A DNA stretch of 33,799 nucleotides from an uncultured Draconibacterium sp. (GCA_964500765.1 CAZCPV010000003.1:1-33799); one strand, 5' to 3'. Positions 17,370-26,566 are shown, counted from the stretch's first letter. Translations and numbers: made by a program. Notes: generated by a model not told the origin, from the letters alone.

Positions 17370-18719
17370 ATGATGCTGAAAAAAATAATATTATCAACAA
17401 GCGTAATTTTAACCGTAATAACCGGTTTTGCTCAAGAAAAAATGATTGATGAAATTGTCGGAACCGTAGGACAAAAAATAATTTTAAAATCCGATGTCGA
17501 ATCAATGGCAATGCAATACAAATCAAGAGGCGATAATCACGGAGACAATTTAAAATGCTTCGTTTTTGAAGAACTTTTGTACCAAGCACTTTTAGTAAAT
17601 CAAGCACGTATAGACAGTGTTGAAGTTTCGGACATGCAAGTTGAAGGAGAACTTAAAAACAGAATGATGATGTTCGAAGAACAAATGGGCGGAAGAGAAG
17701 CGATGGAAAAATACTTTAACAAACCCTATTCGGAAATCGAAAACCATTTCAGAGACATCATAAAAGACCAATTGATTGCTAAACAAATGGAATCAACCAT
17801 TACGGGCGATATTACGGTTACACCGAAAGAAGTAAAAGCATACTTTAAAAATATTCCGAAAGACAGTTTGCCCCTAATCGAATCAAAAATAGAATTGGCT
17901 CAAATCGTTATTCATCCGAAAATAAAAGACAGTCAAATAAAGCAAATAAAAAAATCTTTACAAGAATATAAAGACCGGTGTGAAAAAGGCGAAGATTTTT
18001 CATTTCTGGCAAGCATGTATTCGGACGACCTTGCATCCGCACAAAAAGACGGCGATTTGGGCTGGATAAGAAGAGGCGATTTAGTTCCGGAATTTGCCGC
18101 CGTCGCATTCGAGTTGAATAAACCCGGCGAAATTTCCGACATCGTAAAAACAGAATACGGCTATCACATAATCCAGTTTCTCGGCAGAAAAGGCGAACGA
18201 ATTCATATTAAACACATTCTGAAAATTCCGAAACCCACAACCGCCGAAAAAATAAAAGCAAAAGCAAAACTCGACAGTATTGCGGAAAATATTCGCAGCG
18301 GAAAAATAACTTTCGAAGAAGCCGCATTACTTTATTCCGACGATAAAGAATCGGCAAAAAGCGGCGGTATTATTGTAAATCCTTATACGGGAACTTCAGA
18401 ATTTACAAGCAACCAATTAGACCCCGCAACCAATTATATCATAAAACAAATGAAAACCGGCGAAATTTCCGAACCTTTTGAAAGCACAAGCATGAAAGGG
18501 AAACCGGAAATAAAAATTATAAAATTACTATCCAAAACCGAACCGCATATTGCCGACATAAATACCGATTATCAACAAATAAGCGATTTAGCCAAAGCAC
18601 ATAAAAAAACGGAAATTATCAGCGATTGGATAAAAAAAATACAAAAATCAACCTATATAAAAATTGACGACTCATTTTATAATTGCAATTTTAAATACAA
18701 AGGTTGGTTGGCAAAATAA
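17370..18719 (+). CDS. surA: SurA-family chaperone/PPIase
   Basis: IDEIVGTVG..IILKSDV N-terminal domain; PpiC motif YSDD..GDLGW..LVPEF..TEYGYHII. Confidence 0.88.
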   Translation: MMLKKIILSTSVILTVITGFAQEKMIDEIVGTVGQKIILKSDVESMAMQYKSRGDNHGDNLKCFVFEELLYQALLVNQARIDSVEVSDMQVEGELKNRMMMFEEQMGGREAMEKYFNKPYSEIENHFRDIIKDQLIAKQMESTITGDITVTPKEVKAYFKNIPKDSLPLIESKIELAQIVIHPKIKDSQIKQIKKSLQEYKDRCEKGEDFSFLASMYSDDLASAQKDGDLGWIRRGDLVPEFAAVAFELNKPGEISDIVKTEYGYHIIQFLGRKGERIHIKHILKIPKPTTAEKIKAKAKLDSIAENIRSGKITFEEAALLYSDDKESAKSGGIIVNPYTGTSEFTSNQLDPATNYIIKQMKTGEISEPFESTSMKGKPEIKIIKLLSKTEPHIADINTDYQQISDLAKAHKKTEIISDWIKKIQKSTYIKIDDSFYNCNFKYKGWLAK

Positions 18720-18744
18720 GCGTTTTTCTAAAACTTATTTATTT

Positions 18745-19710
18745 ATGAATACTTACAAAGATGATGTTGAAGCCGTTGATGCTTTAAAAAATATTTACGA
18801 AAAATTTTCTGCCGAAATCAAAAAAGTTATCTTCGGACAAGATGATGTGGTAAAAGAAGTTTTAATATCTGTTTTCGGTAACGGACATTGTTTGCTGGTA
18901 GGCGTTCCCGGACTTGCAAAAACACTGTTGGTAAACACATTATCACAAGTTTTGGGTTTAAAATACAAACGCATACAATTTACGCCTGATTTAATGCCTT
19001 CGGATATTATCGGAACAGAAATTTTAGACGAAAACAGAAAATTCAAATTCATAAAAGGCCCCTTATTTGCAAATATTATTTTAGCCGACGAAATAAACCG
19101 TACACCCCCGAAAACACAAGCCGCACTGCTCGAAGCCATGCAGGAAAAAAACGTAACTGCCGGAGGTAAAAAATACGAATTGGAAAAACCTTTTTTTGTT
19201 CTTGCCACACAAAACCCAATCGAACAAGAAGGCACCTATCCCCTTCCGGAAGCACAGTTAGACCGTTTTATGTTTAATATTTGGTTGGACTATCCCGATT
19301 TTGAAGACGAAATTACCATCGTAAAAAATACTACAACAGAAAATACCGTTTCACTGAATACAATCTTATCAGCCGAAGAAATTATTTATTTCCAAAAACT
19401 GATTCGTCGTATCCCTATTAACGACAATGTATTACAATATGCCGTTAATTTAGCGACAAAAACAAGACCCGCCACCGAAAAAGCCCACGATTGGGCAAAT
19501 CAATATTTAGAATGGGGAGCCGGACCGCGTGCATCGCAATACCTTGTTATAGGAGCAAAAGCACACGCCGCAATAAACGGAAAATATTCTCCCGATATCG
19601 AAGATGTGAAAGCCGTTGCTCCGGCAATTTTAAGACACAGAATCGTAAGAAATTACAAAGCCGAAGCCGAAGGAATAACAGTTGATGCCGTAATTAATAA
19701 ATTATTATAA
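18745..19710 (+). CDS. moxR: MoxR-family AAA+ ATPase
   Basis: Walker A GVPGLAKT, RIQFTPDLMPSD, Walker B ILADEINR and ATQNPIEQEGTYPLPEAQLDRF; ATG at 18745 avoids overlap with surA. Confidence 0.93.
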   Translation: MNTYKDDVEAVDALKNIYEKFSAEIKKVIFGQDDVVKEVLISVFGNGHCLLVGVPGLAKTLLVNTLSQVLGLKYKRIQFTPDLMPSDIIGTEILDENRKFKFIKGPLFANIILADEINRTPPKTQAALLEAMQEKNVTAGGKKYELEKPFFVLATQNPIEQEGTYPLPEAQLDRFMFNIWLDYPDFEDEITIVKNTTTENTVSLNTILSAEEIIYFQKLIRRIPINDNVLQYAVNLATKTRPATEKAHDWANQYLEWGAGPRASQYLVIGAKAHAAINGKYSPDIEDVKAVAPAILRHRIVRNYKAEAEGITVDAVINKLL

Positions 19711-19747
19711 AAAAATCCGAAACTAAAACGGGATAAAATCTCTTTTG

Positions 19748-21412
19748 ATGAAAAAAATACTGCTTTTCATATTATTTATCCTTACGCTCAACAGTGTTTT
19801 CGCTCAAACCAAAATTGATTTTGACTCCAAATATCTGTTTACAACCGAAAAATTAGGTCCCGACATTAAAGTTCTGACCGACAGTGTCGTGTTCAAACAT
19901 GAAAATTCAATCATGTTTTGCGACAGTGCACTGTTCGATTACGAAACAAATTATTTTGACGCTTTCGGAAATGTTCGCATAATAAAACCCGGCAAAAATC
20001 TTGAAGATACCGTTTTTTTATTCGGCGATACCTTACATTATTCCGGTCGTGATAAATATGCAAAAGTGCGTAATCACGTAATATTAAAAAAAGACAGTTT
20101 ACTGCTCGAAACAGACAGTTTGGATTATGATTTAGACAAAAATATCGGTTACTACTTTAATAACGGAACAACCGTAAACGGTGAAGACACGTTAAAAAGT
20201 GTTTTCGGCTATTATTATGCCGATGATAATGAATTCTTTTTCAAAAAAAACGTAAAAGTTTTTAACCCGAGATTTAAGATGTTTTGTGATACGCTCAAAC
20301 ACAATACGCAAACAAAAATTTCTTATTTCATCGGTCCTACCGAAATTATCAGCGATTCTAATTATATCTATTGCGAAAACGGATGGTACGACCATAATAA
20401 TAACATTTCACAATTTAATAAAAATGCTTTTTTTAAAAATAAAGAACAAAAATTATACGGCGACAGTCTCTATTACAACAGAAATTCAGGATTCGGAAAA
20501 GCTTTTAAAAACGTAACGTTTAAAGACAGTGCTCAAAATGTTTTATTAAAAGGAAACTACGGTTTTTATAATGAAAATAACGATTTTTTTTTAATGACCG
20601 ACAGTGCCCGATTTATACAAGTTGCCGAAAACAACGATTCCTTATTCATGCATGCCGACACGCTGCTGTCGTACAAAGATTCCCTTATTATAAATGATAC
20701 GGCAAAAGTTTACAGAATAATTTTAGCATTTCATCATGTAAAAACCTATAAGTCCGATTTTCAGTCAATGTGCGATTCCCTTGTTTACAACCTTCTCGAT
20801 TCGGTTATTGAAATGCACGTAAATCCGGTAATGTGGTCGGATTCAAATCAATTATCTGCCGATTATATTGAAATTCACACCTACAAAAATGATGTTGACG
20901 AAATTGATATGATTGATAATGCTTTTATTATTTCGCAATCCGACTCGGTTCGTTTTAATCAAATTTTCGGTGATGAAATGACTGCCTATATCGACAACAG
21001 AAAAGTTTCCGAAGTGGATGTAAAAGGAAACGGAAAATCTGTTTATTTTATTCGAGATGACGACGGAAAACTAATCGGTGTCAACTTTATCGATTGTGTA
21101 AACATGAATATTTACCTGAAAGATAATAAATTAGACAGAATTTGGTTCTACGAAAAGCCGAAAGGAAAAATTCATCCGCCCTTAACTTTAAACCAATCGG
21201 AAACCTTGTTGCCCGGCTTTAAATGGGAAGAAAAAAACAGACCTTTAAAAAAAGCTGATATTTACAAACAATATAAACCGGCTGCAATCGCAGAGAAATC
21301 AAGTTCGAAAGAAAATTCCGATAAACCGGATACCCAAAAAGAAACTGATAAAGAAAAAAGAACCGACACCGGCAGAAAAGATTTCGGACTTCAAAAAAAC
21401 GGAAAAAAATAA
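19748..21412 (+). CDS. OstA-like (LptA/LptD N-terminal beta-jellyroll) protein
   Basis: Signal ending VFA-Q; repeated MFCDSA/GDTLHY/TDSLDY/GDSLYY beta motifs; FDAFGNV. Confidence 0.85.
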   Translation: MKKILLFILFILTLNSVFAQTKIDFDSKYLFTTEKLGPDIKVLTDSVVFKHENSIMFCDSALFDYETNYFDAFGNVRIIKPGKNLEDTVFLFGDTLHYSGRDKYAKVRNHVILKKDSLLLETDSLDYDLDKNIGYYFNNGTTVNGEDTLKSVFGYYYADDNEFFFKKNVKVFNPRFKMFCDTLKHNTQTKISYFIGPTEIISDSNYIYCENGWYDHNNNISQFNKNAFFKNKEQKLYGDSLYYNRNSGFGKAFKNVTFKDSAQNVLLKGNYGFYNENNDFFLMTDSARFIQVAENNDSLFMHADTLLSYKDSLIINDTAKVYRIILAFHHVKTYKSDFQSMCDSLVYNLLDSVIEMHVNPVMWSDSNQLSADYIEIHTYKNDVDEIDMIDNAFIISQSDSVRFNQIFGDEMTAYIDNRKVSEVDVKGNGKSVYFIRDDDGKLIGVNFIDCVNMNIYLKDNKLDRIWFYEKPKGKIHPPLTLNQSETLLPGFKWEEKNRPLKKADIYKQYKPAAIAEKSSSKENSDKPDTQKETDKEKRTDTGRKDFGLQKNGKK

Positions 21413-21437
21413 GAGCGATTTTTCAACCGCCCTTTTT
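21403..21437 (-). terminator. Intrinsic terminator for the DUF2795 gene
   Basis: On the minus strand AAGGGCGGTT/AATCGCTCTT pairs with two G-U wobbles and is followed by AU7; on the plus strand those pairs are A-C mismatches. Confidence 0.6.
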
Positions 21438-21446
21438 CATTTTTTT

Positions 21447-21668
21447 TTAATATTCATCTTCATTAAAAAAGAAGTCATCTTTGCTCGGATAATCCGGCCA
21501 AATATCTTCAATACTGTCATATGCCTCTCCTTCATCTTCAATTTCCTGAAGATTTTCAATAACCTCTAAGGGTGCACCCGAACGAATGGCATAATCAATT
21601 AAATCTTCTTTCGTTGCAGGCCACGGTGCATCTTCTAATTTTGATGCTAATTCTAATGTCCAATACAT
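21447..21668 (-). CDS. DUF2795 domain-containing small conserved protein
   Basis: MYWTLELASKLEDAPWPATKEDLIDYAIRSGAP is the highly conserved Bacteroidota form of this family. Confidence 0.9.
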   Translation of the reverse strand: MYWTLELASKLEDAPWPATKEDLIDYAIRSGAPLEVIENLQEIEDEGEAYDSIEDIWPDYPSKDDFFFNEDEY

Positions 21669-21714
21669 ATTATTTATATTAATTTAGGTTAATGTATCTG
21701 TTTTTTCGGGATTG

Positions 21715-21722
21715 CAAATATA
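21715..21722 (-). promoter_or_regulatory. Bacteroidota -7 element (TATATTTG) for DUF2795
   Basis: TAnnTTTG match on the minus strand 46 nt upstream of the ATG. Confidence 0.55.
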
Positions 21723-21777
21723 TAAAAAAAATCAACCGGAAAAATTTTTTTTCACTATACGTTTAAACCCTTTATTA

Positions 21778-22317
21778 TTAAGGATTCCAAGTGATTTCTT
21801 TCAGATTTTTCTCATACATATTTTTTCTGGCAAGCACAAAGAAATAATCGGAAAGACGATTTAAAAATTTTACGACAAATTCATTTACCGATTCCGTTTC
21901 TCCTATTTCAACAACCAATCGTTCGGCTCTTCGGCATACGCTTCTGCAAATATGACATTGTGCCGAAACTAAATCACCGCCGGGAATTATAAACTCTTTT
22001 AAAGAAGGAATATAAGTATTTAACCTGTCTATTTCGCTCTCCAACAACAAAATATCATCTTCTTTAATTTCGGCAATTTTAAAAGAAACCGCTTTTCTTA
22101 CGGCTAACAACGAACCTAAATTAAACAGTTTATGCTGAATTTGCAGCAGAAATTTCTTGTGCGTCTCCGCCAAATCAAGTGCAATTAAAAAACCGATAAA
22201 CGAGTTTAATTCGTCAACCGTACCGTAAGCATTAATACGCATATCCGATTTCTTAACGCGTTCACCGCTTAAAAGTGAAGTTTTTCCTTTATCGCCTGAT
22301 TTTGTATAAATTTTCAT
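21778..22317 (-). CDS. PduO-type cob(I)alamin adenosyltransferase
   Basis: KIYTKSGDKGKTSL, YGTVDELNS, RSVCRRAER and LNRLSDYFF. Confidence 0.95.
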   Translation of the reverse strand: MKIYTKSGDKGKTSLLSGERVKKSDMRINAYGTVDELNSFIGFLIALDLAETHKKFLLQIQHKLFNLGSLLAVRKAVSFKIAEIKEDDILLLESEIDRLNTYIPSLKEFIIPGGDLVSAQCHICRSVCRRAERLVVEIGETESVNEFVVKFLNRLSDYFFVLARKNMYEKNLKEITWNP

Positions 22318-22442
22318 AAGTTTATTTTAATTTTTTTAATCATACTTGTTTCATTTTTTATAATTTATCCGCAAAATAAACATTTTCTTAATTTTTAAAC
22401 ATACAAAAAACCGGATTTATTATTTCTTTCTTGTAAATATTA

Positions 22443-22450
22443 TATTTTTG
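22443..22450 (+). promoter_or_regulatory. Bacteroidota -7 element (TATTTTTG) for the M23 peptidase
   Basis: TAnnTTTG match 18 nt upstream of the ATG at 22469. Confidence 0.55.
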
Positions 22451-22468
22451 CAACTTAATATTTATAAA

Positions 22469-23782
22469 ATGACAAAAAAAATACTGCTTATTATTCTTGC
22501 CCTGCTTGTTTTAAGTATCGGTGCTTATTTTATTTATAAAATTTATGCCGAAAAAACAACTTCTGTTCAACATAAAGAAGTAAAAATAACAAAACCGAAA
22601 GAACATAAATTGTACGGAATTAATTCGGATAATTATAAAATAAAATCCGCAATTATTCAACCTAATGAATATTTAGGAGCAATTTTCGAGAAATATAACA
22701 TAAGGGGCAAACTCAATAAAGCAGTAGAAAAAGCAAAAGATATTTTTGATGTAAGAAAAATAAAAAGCGGACAAAAATATACCGTATTTTTTAAAAAAGA
22801 CACATCAAAAACCGTTGATTATTTGATTTACGAAGAAAACAAAACAAATTATTTGGTTTTTGACTTAAAAGATTCGGTAAATGTTTACGAAGGAAAGAAA
22901 AATGTTAACACAAAAATAAAAGAAACCGGCGGTATTATCACTTCCAATCTGTGGTTTGCTATGGAAGATGCCGGTGTAAAGCCGATTTTGGCAAACGATT
23001 TATCCGAAATTTTTGCATGGACGGTTGATTTTTTCGGTCTGCAACTGAACGATAAATTTAAAATGATTTATGAAGAAAAATTTGTAAACGATACGTCAAT
23101 CGGTTACGGAAAAATACTCGCCGCTTATTTTGAACATTACGGTGATACGATTTATGCAATTCCTTTTAAGCAAGACAGTATTCTAAGTTTTTACGACCTC
23201 GACGGAAACAGTTTAAGAAAAGCATTTCTGAAAGCTCCCTTAAAATTTTCAAGAATAAGCAGCGGATTTTCTTATGCAAGAAAACATCCTATTTTAAAAA
23301 TTGTACGACCGCATCTCGGTGTTGACTATGCAGCACCTTCCGGCACACCGGTACACGCACTGGGCGACGGTGTGGTTCTTAAAGCATATTATACACGCGG
23401 CGGCGGTAATTATATCAAAATAAAACACAACAGCGTTTATTCTACCGGCTATATGCACCTCAAGGGTTTCGCCAAAGGCATACATGCAGGTGTTCGCGTA
23501 CATCAGGGGCAGGTTATCGGCTATGTCGGTATGACCGGTTTGGCTACCGGTCCGCATTTAGATTTTCGCGTCTGGAAAAACGGCAAAAACATAAATCCGC
23601 TGCATGTCGATGCACCGCCTGTTGAGCCGATAAAGCCGGAATTTAGAGATGCTTTTAACAAAACCAAAAAAGTGTATAAAGATTGGTTGGATAAAATTGA
23701 GTATAAAACCGTAAAGAAAGATACAATTCCGGTAAAAGACACGCTACTGATTGATACCAATCCTCCCCATAAGGATGAATAA
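22469..23782 (+). CDS. M23 family peptidoglycan DD-endopeptidase (MepM-like)
   Basis: N-terminal anchor; Zn motifs HLGVD, YMHL and GPHLDF (the second His of HxH is Asp). Confidence 0.92.
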   Translation: MTKKILLIILALLVLSIGAYFIYKIYAEKTTSVQHKEVKITKPKEHKLYGINSDNYKIKSAIIQPNEYLGAIFEKYNIRGKLNKAVEKAKDIFDVRKIKSGQKYTVFFKKDTSKTVDYLIYEENKTNYLVFDLKDSVNVYEGKKNVNTKIKETGGIITSNLWFAMEDAGVKPILANDLSEIFAWTVDFFGLQLNDKFKMIYEEKFVNDTSIGYGKILAAYFEHYGDTIYAIPFKQDSILSFYDLDGNSLRKAFLKAPLKFSRISSGFSYARKHPILKIVRPHLGVDYAAPSGTPVHALGDGVVLKAYYTRGGGNYIKIKHNSVYSTGYMHLKGFAKGIHAGVRVHQGQVIGYVGMTGLATGPHLDFRVWKNGKNINPLHVDAPPVEPIKPEFRDAFNKTKKVYKDWLDKIEYKTVKKDTIPVKDTLLIDTNPPHKDE

Positions 23783-23831
23783 AAAAGGAAAGACACTGTA
23801 ATCTTAAAAAAAACAGTGTCTTTTCTTTTTT
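23781..23831. terminator. Bidirectional intrinsic terminator between convergent genes
   Basis: AAAGGAAAGACACTGT/ACAGTGTCTTTTCTTT stem flanked by A- and T-tracts. Confidence 0.75.
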
Positions 23832-23846
23832 ATATCGAAACAACTT

Positions 23847-24437
23847 TTAATGCAAGCGATAAATTCTTTTTGCTTCTTCGGCTTCGGGCATATAAATAAA
23901 AGGTCCTACGGTCATTACGCGCATCATCAAGTTTTCTTTAAGGAAAACATCAAAATCGGCATACGTTCCGGATGCAATAGCTCCCGGTTTTCTTACCAAT
24001 TGATACGAGTTTGAACGCGGTCTTCTGTTTACGTGCAATACAAACCAAAAAACTGTTTGATTTTCGTCGAAAGTTGAATCCAATTCATGCGGTTTATCTT
24101 GAATTTTATAAAACAACATGGCTTTTTTGGCTTCATCGTATTCGTTAAACGGACCGATTGCCATTTTTTGACCGTTTCCCAAATATTTCCATAAATTTTT
24201 ATCATAATCTTTTTGACTTCCGTGTTGAATTTTATTGCCTTTTAATTGTAAATCGTAACTTACGTATCCGGTTTCCGAGTCTTCTTTTTCTCTGACACTT
24301 ACATAAAACCAATAGACAAGTCTGTTTTGATCGATATTATCGTTATAGGTAACTTGTGCGTTTGCTTGTTGCGGGAAAAAATAAGCTGTCGTCATCAGTA
24401 TTCCCGTAAAAATTAATAATTTAAAGATGTTTTTCAT
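23847..24437 (-). CDS. Secreted hypothetical protein with two tandem ~70-aa repeats
   Basis: Signal peptide ending ANA-Q; internal duplication of aa 41-111 and aa 129-194, both ending in GPF...EA..A...Y. Confidence 0.75.
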   Translation of the reverse strand: MKNIFKLLIFTGILMTTAYFFPQQANAQVTYNDNIDQNRLVYWFYVSVREKEDSETGYVSYDLQLKGNKIQHGSQKDYDKNLWKYLGNGQKMAIGPFNEYDEAKKAMLFYKIQDKPHELDSTFDENQTVFWFVLHVNRRPRSNSYQLVRKPGAIASGTYADFDVFLKENLMMRVMTVGPFIYMPEAEEAKRIYRLH

Positions 24438-24489
24438 TTTGTTTAATTTAAAGTTTACGTTTGATTTAAGTTTTAAGTTTATTCATAAA

Positions 24490-25026
24490 CTACAAACAAT
24501 ATGCCGAAGATAAATATTCTTTTGCAGACTCAAAACGTTGTTTCCCCATATTTCTTATAATAAAATACTTAATTTTATATTTTTCGATTTCCGACCGGTA
24601 TTTTTCAAACAGTTCAAACCGAATATCTCCGCCGTTTTCTCTTACCTTATCAGGTCTCCAAGGCAAATCCGGATAACATAACAGATAACAGTCAATTTTG
24701 ATTTCTTTTAATGCTTTCAAAAGAAAATCCGGCACTTTATTAAAAACATATTCAAACCAAATTTTTGTAATAATTAACCCCGTATCGTAAAAAATAAATT
24801 TACTTTCATTTTCAGGGTCTTTTTTTAATTCTCTAATTTGATGCTTTGCAATTAATACAACATCATCATAAGTATATTCTCGGTTTAAATTTTCAATATA
24901 GGTTCTTGCATATTCCGTATAATAATCGGATTTAAACCAAGTCGCCAATTCTTTTGTTAAACTTGACTTTCCGCTTGATTCAGGGCCTGTTATCACAATC
25001 CTACCGGTTCGATTTAATTTACTCAA
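24490..25026 (-). CDS. NadR-type kinase/AAA_28 domain protein (ribosylnicotinamide kinase-like)
   Basis: ITGPESSGKS Walker A, EYARTY, FYDT and PW.PD.VRE. Confidence 0.85.
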   Translation of the reverse strand: MSKLNRTGRIVITGPESSGKSSLTKELATWFKSDYYTEYARTYIENLNREYTYDDVVLIAKHQIRELKKDPENESKFIFYDTGLIITKIWFEYVFNKVPDFLLKALKEIKIDCYLLCYPDLPWRPDKVRENGGDIRFELFEKYRSEIEKYKIKYFIIRNMGKQRFESAKEYLSSAYCL

Positions 25027-25036
25027 AATAAACTAC

Positions 25037-25525
25037 TTACGGTTTTCTTATATCTAAAATTCTGGCTTCGAATATTAAGGTTGAATACGGCGGTATAATT
25101 CCCGTTTGTTTCCCTTTATATGCCAAGTCGGAAGGTATAATAATTAAAGCGGAAGCATTTTTTTTCATCATTCCGACAGCTTCTTCCCAGCCGGGAATAA
25201 CCTTATCCACCAAATAAACATAGTGTGCCGGTTCTTCAATTGTTTTTTCATCAAAAATCACCGAAGGATCCGATAACAAATAGCCCTTATACATTACAAT
25301 TACCGTATCGCCTTTTCGGGCAAAATCAGATTCGGAACTTGTTGAAACGGAAAAACCGGTTTCTATAAAATACAATCCGTCGGCCAGAGGTTCCGTTGTA
25401 ATATCATTTTCTTCCAAATATTCCGATATTAATGCTGACTCAGCATCTTTCTCATTCTTATGGCAAGAAAAAATTCCTACGACAATCAACAAAAAAATAA
25501 AAATATAAACAATTTTTTTATACAT
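25037..25525 (-). CDS. FKBP-type peptidyl-prolyl isomerase lipoprotein
   Basis: Lipobox IFSC; GDTV.V.YKG.L, FD, VIPGWEE, IPSDLAY and IPPYSTLIFE. Confidence 0.9.
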   Translation of the reverse strand: MYKKIVYIFIFLLIVVGIFSCHKNEKDAESALISEYLEENDITTEPLADGLYFIETGFSVSTSSESDFARKGDTVIVMYKGYLLSDPSVIFDEKTIEEPAHYVYLVDKVIPGWEEAVGMMKKNASALIIIPSDLAYKGKQTGIIPPYSTLIFEARILDIRKP

Positions 25526-25539
25526 AATATTATTAAAAG

Positions 25540-25569
25540 TAAAAACGATTCGGTTAAGAATCGTTTTTA
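25540..25569 (-). terminator. Hairpin/terminator after the FGE-domain gene
   Basis: Perfect 12-bp inverted repeat TAAAAACGATTC/GAATCGTTTTTA with a 6-nt loop. Confidence 0.6.
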
Positions 25570-25581
25570 ATAATTTTATTT

Positions 25582-26460
25582 TTATTTATTTTTAGCCAAC
25601 CGAAAGCCGAAATTATAATTTGTTTTTCCCGCTTTGGGTCCGTCACGACTGGTAACTTTTGCCAATTCGGCTCTGTAGTGCCACGACCCGCCTCTGATAA
25701 CTCTGTACGGCATCGGAGTACTGCAAAACGGATTGTCTTCAGGTGATTTTGAATAATAACTTGTTTGATAATAATCACTGCACCATTCCCAAACATTACC
25801 GCTCATATCATAAATACCGAGCTCATTCGGTTTTTTTGTTTTTACATTTTTCGGACCCGAAAGTTTTGAAGTTTCATCATACCATGCAACGGCGTTTATA
25901 TCATTACTGCCGCTGTATTTGTATTTCTGACTTTTATTTCCGCCTCTTGCCGCAAATTCCCATTCGGCTTCGGTAGGTAAACGATAACCGTTTTTTGTTC
26001 TGTCCAGATCCCAACCTCCGTCGGCATTTTTGACATAGCATTTTTCTAAACCGTTTTTCTTACTTAACCAATTACAATAAGCAATTGCATCATACCAGTT
26101 TACATTCTGCATAGGCAAATTCGGTTCCCAACCCCACCATTGTTTTCCTGAAGAGACATAAAACATCTGTGTATATTTATGCGAATCCATCCACTCTTTA
26201 TCCGGCGGTTCCGGCATCCTTTTTCCGGTTGCGGAAGCAAATTTTTTATACTCTGCAACGGTTACTTCCGCTTCCGCAATATAAAATGATTTTACCGTAA
26301 CTTTATGTGCCGGCTTCTCTTCCGGGACACCGGAATTAGACCCCATTGTGTAAGTTCCGCCTTCAACCAATATCATTTTAGGCGATTGGGCAAATAAGTT
26401 AACGGTGAAAAATGTTATAACAAAAATAAAAATGAACGTGAGAATACCCTTATTTTTCAT
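25582..26460 (-). CDS. FGE-sulfatase (SUMF1) fold protein, secreted
   Basis: Signal ending LFA-Q; GGTYTMG, EVT, V.WYDA..YC.W, YRLPTEAEWEFAARGG, DMSGNVWEW, RGGSW and GFR. Confidence 0.9.
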   Translation of the reverse strand: MKNKGILTFIFIFVITFFTVNLFAQSPKMILVEGGTYTMGSNSGVPEEKPAHKVTVKSFYIAEAEVTVAEYKKFASATGKRMPEPPDKEWMDSHKYTQMFYVSSGKQWWGWEPNLPMQNVNWYDAIAYCNWLSKKNGLEKCYVKNADGGWDLDRTKNGYRLPTEAEWEFAARGGNKSQKYKYSGSNDINAVAWYDETSKLSGPKNVKTKKPNELGIYDMSGNVWEWCSDYYQTSYYSKSPEDNPFCSTPMPYRVIRGGSWHYRAELAKVTSRDGPKAGKTNYNFGFRLAKNK

Positions 26461-26566
26461 GTGTTTCTTTTTTATTATTCCTCAATTTACGAGAATCTTA
26501 AATTCTTTTTCAGAAAAAAACAATTTTTTACTCAATGTGTAAAAATAATGTAAAATTTACGATATA

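Noticed and set aside
18664-18744. Longer N-termini given by the ORF track (also 7329, 22448, 28923, 31717, 32612)
   Set aside because: These extensions overlap upstream genes, promoters or terminators and precede the natural family start; downstream ATGs were used instead.
22318-22468. Cobalamin riboswitch upstream of the adenosyltransferase
   Set aside because: Short AT-rich divergent spacer with no B12-box or GC-rich helices.
24445-24482. TTTAAGTT-like short repeats upstream of the tandem-domain gene
   Set aside because: Low complexity; consistent with an ordinary A-rich Bacteroidota translation leader on the minus strand.
25582-25700. FGE/C-type-lectin C-terminus as a diversity-generating retroelement target
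   Set aside because: No template repeat and no reverse transcriptase gene seen in the window.
25037-26460. Calling the FKBP and FGE-fold genes gldI and gldK/gldJ
   Set aside because: The FGE protein is short and not a lipoprotein, and no gldL/M/N is adjacent; the folds are shared but orthology is unsupported.
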